A stretch of DNA of 52,057 bases from Candidatus Eiseniibacteriota bacterium. GTDB lineage: Bacteria > Eisenbacteria > RBG-16-71-46. The stretch covers positions 1 through 52,057 of the forward strand of contig JBGPXY010000001.1 in NCBI GenBank assembly GCA_041492985.1, read 5' to 3'. A model generated the notes under the pieces. The model had not been told where the DNA came from. It searched no databases and saw only the letters and a list, made by a program, of their open reading frames with translations. This document shows positions 6,741 through 14,191 of the stretch, in pieces. Made by a program: the position numbers and the translations under genes. Position 1 is the stretch's first letter. Each line of letters starts with the position of its first letter.

Positions 6741-6941
6741 CTGCTACCGTTTGCTACCGTCTCAGAGTCCCAACGAGTCCTCTCGTGTCCCCTCCTGTCC
6801 CCGCAAATGATATCGCCCCAGCGAGGCAACTCGTTGGGGCGATGGGGGGAATCACTTGGGGCGATGCGGCTTGCGCGCTCTCGTTGAAAAACAAGCCTCC
6901 AGGTTTTGCAGACCCTCGCCTTACCACTTGGCTATGCCGCC
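6741..6941 (+). repeat. Intergenic module, full-length copy B, ending in a 40-nt tRNA-Cys 5'-half copy
   Basis: Collinear with 16508-16694. Contains decamers CTGCTACCGT/TTGCTACCGT, GAGTCCTCTCGTGTCCC, decamers CGTGTCCCCT/CCTGTCCCCG, hairpin 1 at 6816-6839, two GGGGCGAT boxes, hairpin 2 at 6868-6897 and TTTGCAGACCCTCGCCTTACC... Confidence 0.7.
6902..6941 (-). pseudogene. tRNA-Cys 5'-half fragment (positions 1-41: acceptor 5' strand, D-arm, anticodon stem-loop); not a functional tRNA
   Basis: 40/40 identity to 4582-4621. Identity breaks inside the 3' strand of the anticodon stem. No T-arm or 3' acceptor strand follows. Confidence 0.8.
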
Positions 6942-7224
6942 TCGGAAGTGTCGCGGGGCGCGGAAGGTAGCACGCCGAAAGAGGGAGCAACAACCTGAGT
7001 GGCCCGGAGGAGTGTGGGTTCAACAAGCGTCCAAGAGCAAGGTTCTCTACGACAGCGGGTCAACCCCACTTCCAGGTAGGCATGGGCGCCGTGAGGGCAT
7101 CATGCGCCGCGTTCGATTCCCCTGGGCCGAGCACGAGAGTTTCCGGGTGCCGGGCGCGCATCGTCCGGAATCGGCTGGCGTCGATCTCTCGCGAGATACG
7201 GGCCAACCGCGTTGCCGATGGGCA

Positions 7225-7707
7225 TCAGGGCTGACGAGGCTCCGCCACGAAGAGCGTCCGCAGGTAGTCCACCACATTCTGGATCTGCCGTTCATTGAGC
7301 GTGCGCCCCCACGGCGGCATCCCCGTCGAGAGCCCGACCGCGCCGCCACCCGAGCGGATCGCGGTCACAAGATCGACATCGGAGTGCCGTGCCTGGAAGC
7401 TAGAATCGGCCAGTGAGCGCGGCCGTGGATCGAGGTTGTAGGCGTTGAACCCGTCGCCCTTCCCTGTTTCTCCGTGGCAGTTCAGGCAATAGTGGCGATA
7501 GAGCGCCCGGCCTTCGCGCGCGTTGTATCCGAGTTCTGGGATCGGCAACGTCGAGGCGGAGTAGATCGCGCTGACCCTGTCGACCGCCGTCGATTCGGCG
7601 GCTCCCGGGATCCGCGACGCGCGCTGGGCGGCCGTGCCCCGGCAGCCACCGGCCCAGGCCAGCACGGCAGCCATCACCACACTCGATGCGCGGAGGCCGC
7701 GCCTCAT
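7225..7707 (-). CDS. Monoheme class-I c-type cytochrome, probable lipoprotein
   Basis: 160 aa with lipobox-like LAWAGGC, the single heme motif CLNCHG and a distal MPPWG Met ligand motif. The ATGA overlap with the upstream gene indicates coupling. Confidence 0.8.
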   Translation of the reverse strand: MRRGLRASSVVMAAVLAWAGGCRGTAAQRASRIPGAAESTAVDRVSAIYSASTLPIPELGYNAREGRALYRHYCLNCHGETGKGDGFNAYNLDPRPRSLADSSFQARHSDVDLVTAIRSGGGAVGLSTGMPPWGRTLNERQIQNVVDYLRTLFVAEPRQP

Positions 7708-9782
7708 GGCCGCTTCCCTCCCGGATTCCCGGCCGACTTCGCGGACGAGGCCGCACCGTGCGCCGCAGTGAGTGACGGGAGCGACGCCACGTACGCGGTC
7801 AGTGCACGGGCATCGACGTCATCGAGACCATAGTCGGGCTCGCGTGCGTCCGGCCTCCAGCGCTGCGGGCCTTTCAGCCAAGAATAGATCCAACCCGTCT
7901 TCAACCGCTGGCCGGCACCGTCGAGCAGCGGACCGTAGAAGCCCCCCTTCCCACCGATCATGTGGCAGGCCTGGCAGCCGTAGCGTTCGTGGAAGAGCTT
8001 CCGTCCCCGCTCGACCTCCTCGGCCGCCGGCGCGGTCGCAAAGATCTCGCCGGGAATGCGATCGTCGCGCAAGACGTTCTCGGCAATGCTGGCGATGAAG
8101 GCCCGTTCCTCATCGGGCATCTGGAGCTGGATCATCCGTTCTTCGAGGATCGGTCTCACCGTGGTCGGCAGCTTGAGATAGCCGGCCAGCCAGCTCTCGC
8201 GTACCTTGCTCCCCTCGGCCGTGAGCGGCGCGGTGGAGATGTCGCCACCGGCTCCGCCGATCTGGTGACAGGACATGCAGCGATACTTGCGCACCAGCTC
8301 CCCGAACCGACCCGGAGGCGTGTAGGCCGTCTCGCGAGCCGGCACCTGATACGCCACCGGCACCGGCGCGCGCCCCATCGAGAGGAGCGCCGTCGTCAGC
8401 GCTTCCGTCTCGTGCTGGGTGAAGCCGAAGCGGGGCATCTTGAGCCCGTCGCGGAACGATCGCGGGTTCGTGACTTTGGCCGCGAGCCAGTCGGGCAGCG
8501 CGCGGGGCAGATCGTTCCGCCGCCCGAAATCGAGCCGGCCGACCGGCTTGTCCCCGATCCCGGTCAGCTCCGGGCCGATCGCCGCACCTTGGGCTTGGCC
8601 GCCGATCTGATGGCAGCCGTTGCAGCCCGAGCGGCGGAAGATGGTTTCCCCCGCCTGCACCACGCGATCGGCGGAGTGGAGGCCGGGCGCCGGGGCCGGC
8701 GCTGACGCATCCGTGAACTCGTCCATCATGTAGTCGGCGAGGTCGGCCACGTCCCGCGCACTGAAGTGATAGCGCGGCATCCGGGTGTCGGGATAGAACC
8801 GCTGGGGATCGGCGAGGAAGGCGAGGAGCCAGCGACGCGTCACTTTGGATCCCATCCCCGAGAGCTCCGGCGCGCTTCCATTCCCCCGCCCTTCGATGCT
8901 GTGGCACGAGATGCAGCGCGAGGTCGAAAACAGAAGCTTGCCATGCTCGGGATCACCCGGCGCGACCACGGCGGGCAAGTCAGCGTCCAGATCGACGCGC
9001 GGCGGGCGGCTCCACAGGAACGCAACCACCGAATCGATCTCCCCCGCCGAGAGCTTGAACTCCGGCATCCAGGTCGCCGGCCGCAGGGACCTGGGCGACT
9101 GGATCCACGCCGCGAGCCACGCCGGATTGGTCTTCTGCGACAGGCCGGCCAGATCGGGGGCTTCGCTCTTCCAGCCCTCGTGACCCGCGACCTTGTGGCA
9201 TCCGAAGCAGCCGACCCGCGTCATCAAGGCCCGTCCCTCCGAGAGCAGCGATGCTTCGGGCACGGCGTCGGCGAGATGGCAGCGGCCGCACGCCGCCTCG
9301 GTGTAGCGCACCGGCAGGATCGGGGAACTCCAGTCGCGCACCTGGCCGTGCGCCTCGGCCATGGTGGTCGCGCGCCCCTGCCCCAGGTGACAGGCGACGC
9401 ATCCGAACCGACCGATATCTCCCGGCGTGTGCGGCGTGCGTGGGTGCTGGCGGAACGGTTCGGGGGCCCCGGCCATGCGGGGCTCCTCGACGCCCAGGTG
9501 GCAGCTGACGCAGCGATCGACGTGGTCGTCGAGCGCCGGTAGCCAGATCTGCTGAACCCCCACCACGCGCGCGCGGGCCTGCTTCAACTCCTTGAGGGAG
9601 GCTGCGGAGCGAAGCAGCCGCTGGCGGTACTCGTTCTGGTAGCGACGGTACTCGCGGAAGTAGTCCTTGATCGGCGACACCGCCAGCACGACGAGAAAGG
9701 CCACGCTGGAGACGCCGAACCAGAACCAGAGCCGGTCGGACGACGGCCCGGGCGGGGTCACAGGTGCACGCCTCCCTGCCAT
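7704..9782 (-). CDS. Membrane-anchored octaheme c-type cytochrome
   Basis: 692 aa from [11 protein letters not shown], with an N-terminal TM helix LWFWFGVSSVAFLVVLAV. Eight CxxCH motifs: CVSCH, CVACH, CGRCH, CFGCH, CISCH, CNGCH, CMSCH, CQACH. The longer ORF-track start (10625) overlaps the cytochrome b genes in another frame, so I rejected it. Confidence 0.8.
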   Translation of the reverse strand: MAGRRAPVTPPGPSSDRLWFWFGVSSVAFLVVLAVSPIKDYFREYRRYQNEYRQRLLRSAASLKELKQARARVVGVQQIWLPALDDHVDRCVSCHLGVEEPRMAGAPEPFRQHPRTPHTPGDIGRFGCVACHLGQGRATTMAEAHGQVRDWSSPILPVRYTEAACGRCHLADAVPEASLLSEGRALMTRVGCFGCHKVAGHEGWKSEAPDLAGLSQKTNPAWLAAWIQSPRSLRPATWMPEFKLSAGEIDSVVAFLWSRPPRVDLDADLPAVVAPGDPEHGKLLFSTSRCISCHSIEGRGNGSAPELSGMGSKVTRRWLLAFLADPQRFYPDTRMPRYHFSARDVADLADYMMDEFTDASAPAPAPGLHSADRVVQAGETIFRRSGCNGCHQIGGQAQGAAIGPELTGIGDKPVGRLDFGRRNDLPRALPDWLAAKVTNPRSFRDGLKMPRFGFTQHETEALTTALLSMGRAPVPVAYQVPARETAYTPPGRFGELVRKYRCMSCHQIGGAGGDISTAPLTAEGSKVRESWLAGYLKLPTTVRPILEERMIQLQMPDEERAFIASIAENVLRDDRIPGEIFATAPAAEEVERGRKLFHERYGCQACHMIGGKGGFYGPLLDGAGQRLKTGWIYSWLKGPQRWRPDAREPDYGLDDVDARALTAYVASLPSLTAAHGAASSAKSAGNPGGKRP

Positions 9783-10459
9783 GGCCAGATCCACTTCCAC
9801 CCGGGACCGCGGAAGAAGGTGCCGATCACCGTAAGGATGACCGCCACGACGACGAACCAGGTCATGATCCAGTCGCTGAGCGTCACGCGGACGAGCCACC
9901 GCCGCCACGAAGCCGGACAGAGCGGCAGCGAGGGCATCACCATCGCCGCATAGAGCAGGACCGTCGGGACGAGCACCGGCCACACGCGCCAGGCCGCGAG
10001 GAAGGCCACGAGCGCCGCCACCACGGTGGTCAGCCACGACAGCCGGCGCCGCGCGGAGGCCTCGAGGAAGCCCCGGTCCTCCAGGTTCGTTCGGAAGTAC
10101 GGGATCACGACCATCGCGACCACAACCAGCCCGGGGATCAGCACGCCGGCGACGACCGGCGGGAAGTAGTGGAGCAACTCTTGAAGTCCGAGGAAGTACC
10201 AGGGCGCCTTTGCCGGGTTGGGCGTGTTGGTCGGATCGGCGATGCCTTCCAGCGGGGAGTCGAAGAACAGCGAGAGCAGCGCCATGGCGATCACGCACAC
10301 CTGCACCAGGATGATTTCGCGCAGGATCAGGTGTGGCGCGGTCATCACCGTCTCCTCGCGATCGACGAGGACGCGGGCCGCGGTGTCCGGGCGCAGGATC
10401 GCGAGCCGCTTGGGCGTCGCCGTCGCGTCGCTGCTCGGCTCGATTCGGTACTCGGTCAT
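9758..10459 (-). CDS. Cytochrome b C-terminal part / subunit IV-like (PetD-like), extended
   Basis: 233 aa from MTEYRIEPS. The PEWY-equivalent motif is [12 protein letters not shown]. It has several TM helices. The ATGA overlap joins it to the upstream cytochrome b gene. Confidence 0.8.
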   Translation of the reverse strand: MTEYRIEPSSDATATPKRLAILRPDTAARVLVDREETVMTAPHLILREIILVQVCVIAMALLSLFFDSPLEGIADPTNTPNPAKAPWYFLGLQELLHYFPPVVAGVLIPGLVVVAMVVIPYFRTNLEDRGFLEASARRRLSWLTTVVAALVAFLAAWRVWPVLVPTVLLYAAMVMPSLPLCPASWRRWLVRVTLSDWIMTWFVVVAVILTVIGTFFRGPGWKWIWPWQGGVHL

Positions 10460-11202
10460 GCGTCCTCCCCGCTTGGGCGAGCCGTGCGGCGCGAGCCAGC
10501 CAGGCCGCCATCCTTGCGGACCCGCCAGAGATGGAGCCCGACCAGGAGCACCAGGGCCAGCGGCAGGATGACGCAGTGGAGGACGTAGAAGCGCAGGAGG
10601 GCGTTCTCGCCGACGATGTTCCCACCCAGCAGCAGATAGCGGAACGGCGGCCCGAGGACCGGCATCGCCTTCACCATGTTCGTGCCGACCGAGACCGCCC
10701 AGATGGCGAGCTGATCCCACGGTAGCAGGTAGCCGGTGTAGCTCAGCAGCAGCGTGAGGAGCAGCAGAACCACGCCGATCACCCAGTTGAACTCGCGCGG
10801 CGGACGGTAGGCCTTGTGATAGAAGACGCGCAGCATGTGCAGGAAGACAATGAACACCATCGCGTGCGCGGGCCAGCGGTGCAGATTGCGAAGGAACATC
10901 CCGTTGCTCACGGTGAACTGCAGCTCCTTCATGTCGTGGTAAGCCTGCGGCACCGAGGGATGGTAGTAGAGCATCAGCAGCAGCCCTGTGGCGGTCAGGA
11001 TGGCGAACAGGATGAGGCCGATGGCGCCCAGGTAGTACGTGCTCGAGCTTTCGAGGCTGCGCCGCCGCACCTTCGCAGGGTGCAGATGCAGGAGGAGACT
11101 CTCCATCACCACCATGACCCGGTTGCGATTCGTAGCCCGGATCCCGTGGCGGACGATGGAGTGCCACACGCGGCTCTCGGTGATCGACGTCGGCAGCCTC
11201 AT
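10456..11202 (-). CDS. Cytochrome b6-like (N-terminal four-helix, heme-binding part of cytochrome b)
   Basis: 248 aa with [25 protein letters not shown] and [26 protein letters not shown], the paired His ligands on helices B and D. The [15 protein letters not shown] motif is present. Confidence 0.9.
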   Translation of the reverse strand: MRLPTSITESRVWHSIVRHGIRATNRNRVMVVMESLLLHLHPAKVRRRSLESSSTYYLGAIGLILFAILTATGLLLMLYYHPSVPQAYHDMKELQFTVSNGMFLRNLHRWPAHAMVFIVFLHMLRVFYHKAYRPPREFNWVIGVVLLLLTLLLSYTGYLLPWDQLAIWAVSVGTNMVKAMPVLGPPFRYLLLGGNIVGENALLRFYVLHCVILPLALVLLVGLHLWRVRKDGGLAGSRRTARPSGEDA

Positions 11203-11212
11203 CTGGTCCTCA

Positions 11213-11692
11213 TCAGAATCGGTACGTGGTGCCGGCCGGAACCTCCACCGCCGTGTCCACGATCAGCTCTCCCTTTTCGGAGAGGCTCATCTGCAGCCAG
11301 CGGAGAGGGCGTGGCGCGGGACCGGCCACGACGTCGCCGGCGAGCGTGAACTGGCTGCCATGGCAGGGGCAGGCGATGATGTTCCGGTCTGGCTGGAAGC
11401 GCGTGATGCATCCGAGATGTGTGCACACGGCCGACAGCGCGCGAAATCCTTCCGTAAGCCGGATGACGTAGACGCGCTGTTCGACGTTGGTCACCACCGA
11501 CCCGACCTCGATCGCGTCGGGTGGCCCGGCGGAGAACGCCGTCGGCGGCTCGAACAGCACGCGCGGCCGCAGGAAATCGACCAGCACCACGCCGGCGCCT
11601 GCGGCCGCCGCTGCGCACGCCGCCAGCCCGGCGGCGACGCAGAAATCGCGGCGCGTGATCCCCGGTGCCTTGGCGGCGTCGGCATCAGACAT
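11213..11692 (-). CDS. Rieske [2Fe-2S] protein with Tat signal
   Basis: Twin-arginine [11 protein letters not shown]. Cluster boxes CTHLGC and CPCHGS. The start at MSDADAAK overlaps the stop of the upstream flavoprotein gene by 8 nt. Confidence 0.9.
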   Translation of the reverse strand: MSDADAAKAPGITRRDFCVAAGLAACAAAAAGAGVVLVDFLRPRVLFEPPTAFSAGPPDAIEVGSVVTNVEQRVYVIRLTEGFRALSAVCTHLGCITRFQPDRNIIACPCHGSQFTLAGDVVAGPAPRPLRWLQMSLSEKGELIVDTAVEVPAGTTYRF

Positions 11693-13559
11693 GTGCCGGC
11701 TCGAGCAGCTGGAACTGCTCCATGGTGATGGTCCCCGCCGGGCAGCGCTCGGCACACAGCCCACAGCGGATGCAGATCGTCTCGTCTTTGATCAGCGCCG
11801 TGCCCGCGCCGCCTCCCTGCGCGAGCAGCGCCGCCGCGGCCTCCCCGTGTTCGGCGCGCACGGCGTCCCCCATCGCCGGATCGGCGACGATCTCGGACAG
11901 GGGCACGAAGGTGATGCAGTTCTCCGGGCACACGTCGGCGCAGCCGCCGCACAGGATGCACTCCGTGCCCTGTTCCGGGTCTTCGTGGAACACGGTGTTG
12001 ACCCAGCAGTGGAGGCAGCGCGATGCCTCGAGCCGGGCCGACACCTCGGTGAAGCAGTGCTCGATCTCGGCGATGCCGACACGCCGCTCGATCGGCAGGA
12101 CGGGCGGTCGCTGGCGCGGCACGCCCTCGAAATCCAGCGCCCGCCGGTAACCCGGCAGCGGTTCGATGAACACCTCTACCGGCGGACCCGGGGTCGCGAC
12201 GCCACGCAGAAAGCCGTCAATCGATGCCGCGGCCCTCTTCCCGTCCGCAACGGCCTCGATCGCAATGCGTGGTCCGAACGCGGCGTCACCCCCGGCGTAG
12301 ATGCCGGGGGCCGTGGTGGCGAGGGTCGTCGGATCCACCTGGAGCGTGCCGCGCGGTGTGACCGCAACTCCGTCCTTCGGTCGCAGGAATGACAGATCAC
12401 AGGCCTGACCGATCGCAAGCACGATGGTGTCGGCTGCGATCGCCAGCTCGGTGCCTGGGACAAAGGTCGGGTTGAAGCGCCGCTGGCCATCGAAGACTGC
12501 GGAGCACTCGATGGTTTCGAGGCCTGTCACGCGACCCGCCTCGCCGAGGATGCGCTGCGGCCCGCGCCCGGCATGGATGACGATGCCCTCCCGCTGCGCC
12601 TCATGGATCTCGTCGCGGTCGGCCGGCATGGCCTCGAGAGATTCGAGACACACGATGTGGACCTCCTTGGCACCGAAGCGGATGGCCGAGCGTGCGACGT
12701 CGAACGCCGTGACGATGTTGAGGCCCGGATGGATGACCTCGTCCCGAAGGGGTGTCCGCAGGGCGGAGCGCGCCACGTCTACGGCCACGTTTCCACCGCC
12801 CACGACGAGCACGCGCCGGCCGAGCTCGACGCGGTAGCCCATGTTGACGTTGAGCAGGAAGTCGACGCCCTTGAGCACCCCGTCCAGGTCGGCGCCGGCG
12901 ATCTCGAGGTCGCGGCTGCGCTGCGCGCCCGGGGCGAGGAACACCGACCGAAAACCCTGCTCGCGCAGATCCGACAGGAGGAAATCGCGGCCCAGGCGCA
13001 TCCCCACCTTGAGCTCGACGCCGAGGTTCAGGATCGCGTTGATCTCGAGCTTGATCAGCTCGCGCGGCAGTCGATACTCTGGGATGCCGAGACGCAGCAT
13101 CCCCCCCGGCACCGCCTGGGCCTCGAAGATGGTCACCGGATATCCGAACAGCGCCAGGTCGTGGGCGGCCGCGAGCCCTGCCGGGCCCGCGCCGATGATC
13201 GCCACGCGGTCCTGCGGGTGGCGCAGCAGGCGCTCGCCGTAGATCTCCCGGAGCAGATCCACGTCCATCATGCTCTCGACGCCGAAACGCTCGGTGACGA
13301 AGCGTTTCAGCGCCCGGATGGCAATCGGCTCGTCGAGCGCCCCACGGCGGCATGCCGCCTCGCAGGGCGCGGCGCAGATCCGGCCGCAGATGGATGCGAG
13401 CGGATTCGGTCGTCGCGCCACGGCGTAGGCCTCGCGGTACTTCCCCTCCGCGATCAGCGCCACGTAGCGCCCGGCCTCGGTGCCGACTGGGCAAGCCTTG
13501 CAGCAGGGGAAGTTGCTCTCCAGCCAGGCCCGGTCGACCCGGCGATCAGACGTTGACAC
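11685..13559 (-). CDS. GltD-like (glutamate synthase small-subunit family) NAD(P)-dependent FAD/Fe-S oxidoreductase with C-terminal 2x[4Fe-4S] ferredoxin domain
   Basis: 624 aa. N-terminal Cys cluster CCKACP...CGRICAAPCEAAC. Dinucleotide folds IIGAGPAGLAAA and VVGGGNVAVDVA. C-terminal CILCGGCADVCP and CIRCGLCAERCP. GTG start. Confidence 0.85.
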   Translation of the reverse strand: MSTSDRRVDRAWLESNFPCCKACPVGTEAGRYVALIAEGKYREAYAVARRPNPLASICGRICAAPCEAACRRGALDEPIAIRALKRFVTERFGVESMMDVDLLREIYGERLLRHPQDRVAIIGAGPAGLAAAHDLALFGYPVTIFEAQAVPGGMLRLGIPEYRLPRELIKLEINAILNLGVELKVGMRLGRDFLLSDLREQGFRSVFLAPGAQRSRDLEIAGADLDGVLKGVDFLLNVNMGYRVELGRRVLVVGGGNVAVDVARSALRTPLRDEVIHPGLNIVTAFDVARSAIRFGAKEVHIVCLESLEAMPADRDEIHEAQREGIVIHAGRGPQRILGEAGRVTGLETIECSAVFDGQRRFNPTFVPGTELAIAADTIVLAIGQACDLSFLRPKDGVAVTPRGTLQVDPTTLATTAPGIYAGGDAAFGPRIAIEAVADGKRAAASIDGFLRGVATPGPPVEVFIEPLPGYRRALDFEGVPRQRPPVLPIERRVGIAEIEHCFTEVSARLEASRCLHCWVNTVFHEDPEQGTECILCGGCADVCPENCITFVPLSEIVADPAMGDAVRAEHGEAAAALLAQGGGAGTALIKDETICIRCGLCAERCPAGTITMEQFQLLEPAHV

Positions 13560-13566
13560 CGGGCGC

Positions 13567-14157
13567 CTACTTCTTCATCGCGAAGTCGGCCGTCGTGATC
13601 CCGGCGACCGTCACCGGTCTGGCAGCCTCCGCCTTGAACTTCGGGTGCCACACCTTCACTGTGTAGGCACCGTCCGGCAGATTCTTGATGGAGTAGGCGC
13701 CGGTCTTCTCGGTGACTGCGAACCAAGGGGTCGGCAGCGCGATGATGAAGCCCTCCATCTCGGCGTGCACCTTGCACAGGAGCGTGGCGTTGCACCGCGT
13801 CTTGAAGGTGTAGCTGCGAGTCTGACCTTGCGGCCAGCTTCCCAGATTGAACTGCTCGCAGCACTTGTCCGGCGAAAAGACGTTGTGGAGAACCTGGTCG
13901 CCATTGAGGAAGTCGACCGTGGTTCCCTGCTGGACCGGCAGGACGTGCGGCGTGAACACCAGGTTCTGCTGGTTCATCCTCGCGTGGGCCGTCGGGGCCG
14001 GGAACGTCCTCCCGGGAATCGCGTCGATGTAGACCACCGCGTCCCCATTGGTCTTCGCGCCCATGACCGTGACGACGCCCTTCAACTCGCCCGCCGGGGC
14101 GGCCGAAGCCGCCGCCAGCAGGATCACGGCGCATCCCACGCCAGATAGAACTCGCAT
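13567..14157 (-). CDS. Secreted cupredoxin (type-1 blue copper) fused to a CarboxypepD_reg-like beta-sandwich
   Basis: Carries a signal peptide. Putative copper ligands are H in VLHNVF and CKVHAEM (C-x2-H-x2-M). The C-terminus has TGAYSIKNLPDGAYTVKVWHPKF. Confidence 0.8.
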   Translation of the reverse strand: MRVLSGVGCAVILLAAASAAPAGELKGVVTVMGAKTNGDAVVYIDAIPGRTFPAPTAHARMNQQNLVFTPHVLPVQQGTTVDFLNGDQVLHNVFSPDKCCEQFNLGSWPQGQTRSYTFKTRCNATLLCKVHAEMEGFIIALPTPWFAVTEKTGAYSIKNLPDGAYTVKVWHPKFKAEAARPVTVAGITTADFAMKK

Positions 14158-14191
14158 ACCGTTTCCTTTCGTGAGTCGGCCGGTGACGAAA

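Noticed and set aside
6741-6803. CRISPR-like or tandem-repeat array
   Set aside because: There are only two units of 10 nt per site with no spacers, and no cas genes anywhere in the window.
6880-6941. Copy B tRNA-like region as a functional or split tRNA gene
   Set aside because: After position 41 the sequence (TGGAGGCTTGTTTTTCAACG...) cannot form the anticodon stem end, a T-arm or an acceptor 3' strand.
9783-10625. N-terminal extension of the octaheme ORF (track start 10625), and the N-terminal part of ORF 9758..11167
   Set aside because: The extensions overlap the cytochrome b and subunit-IV genes in other frames and are Arg/Pro-rich. Internal starts at 9782 and 10459 give proper signal/TM N-termini and ATGA-type coupling.
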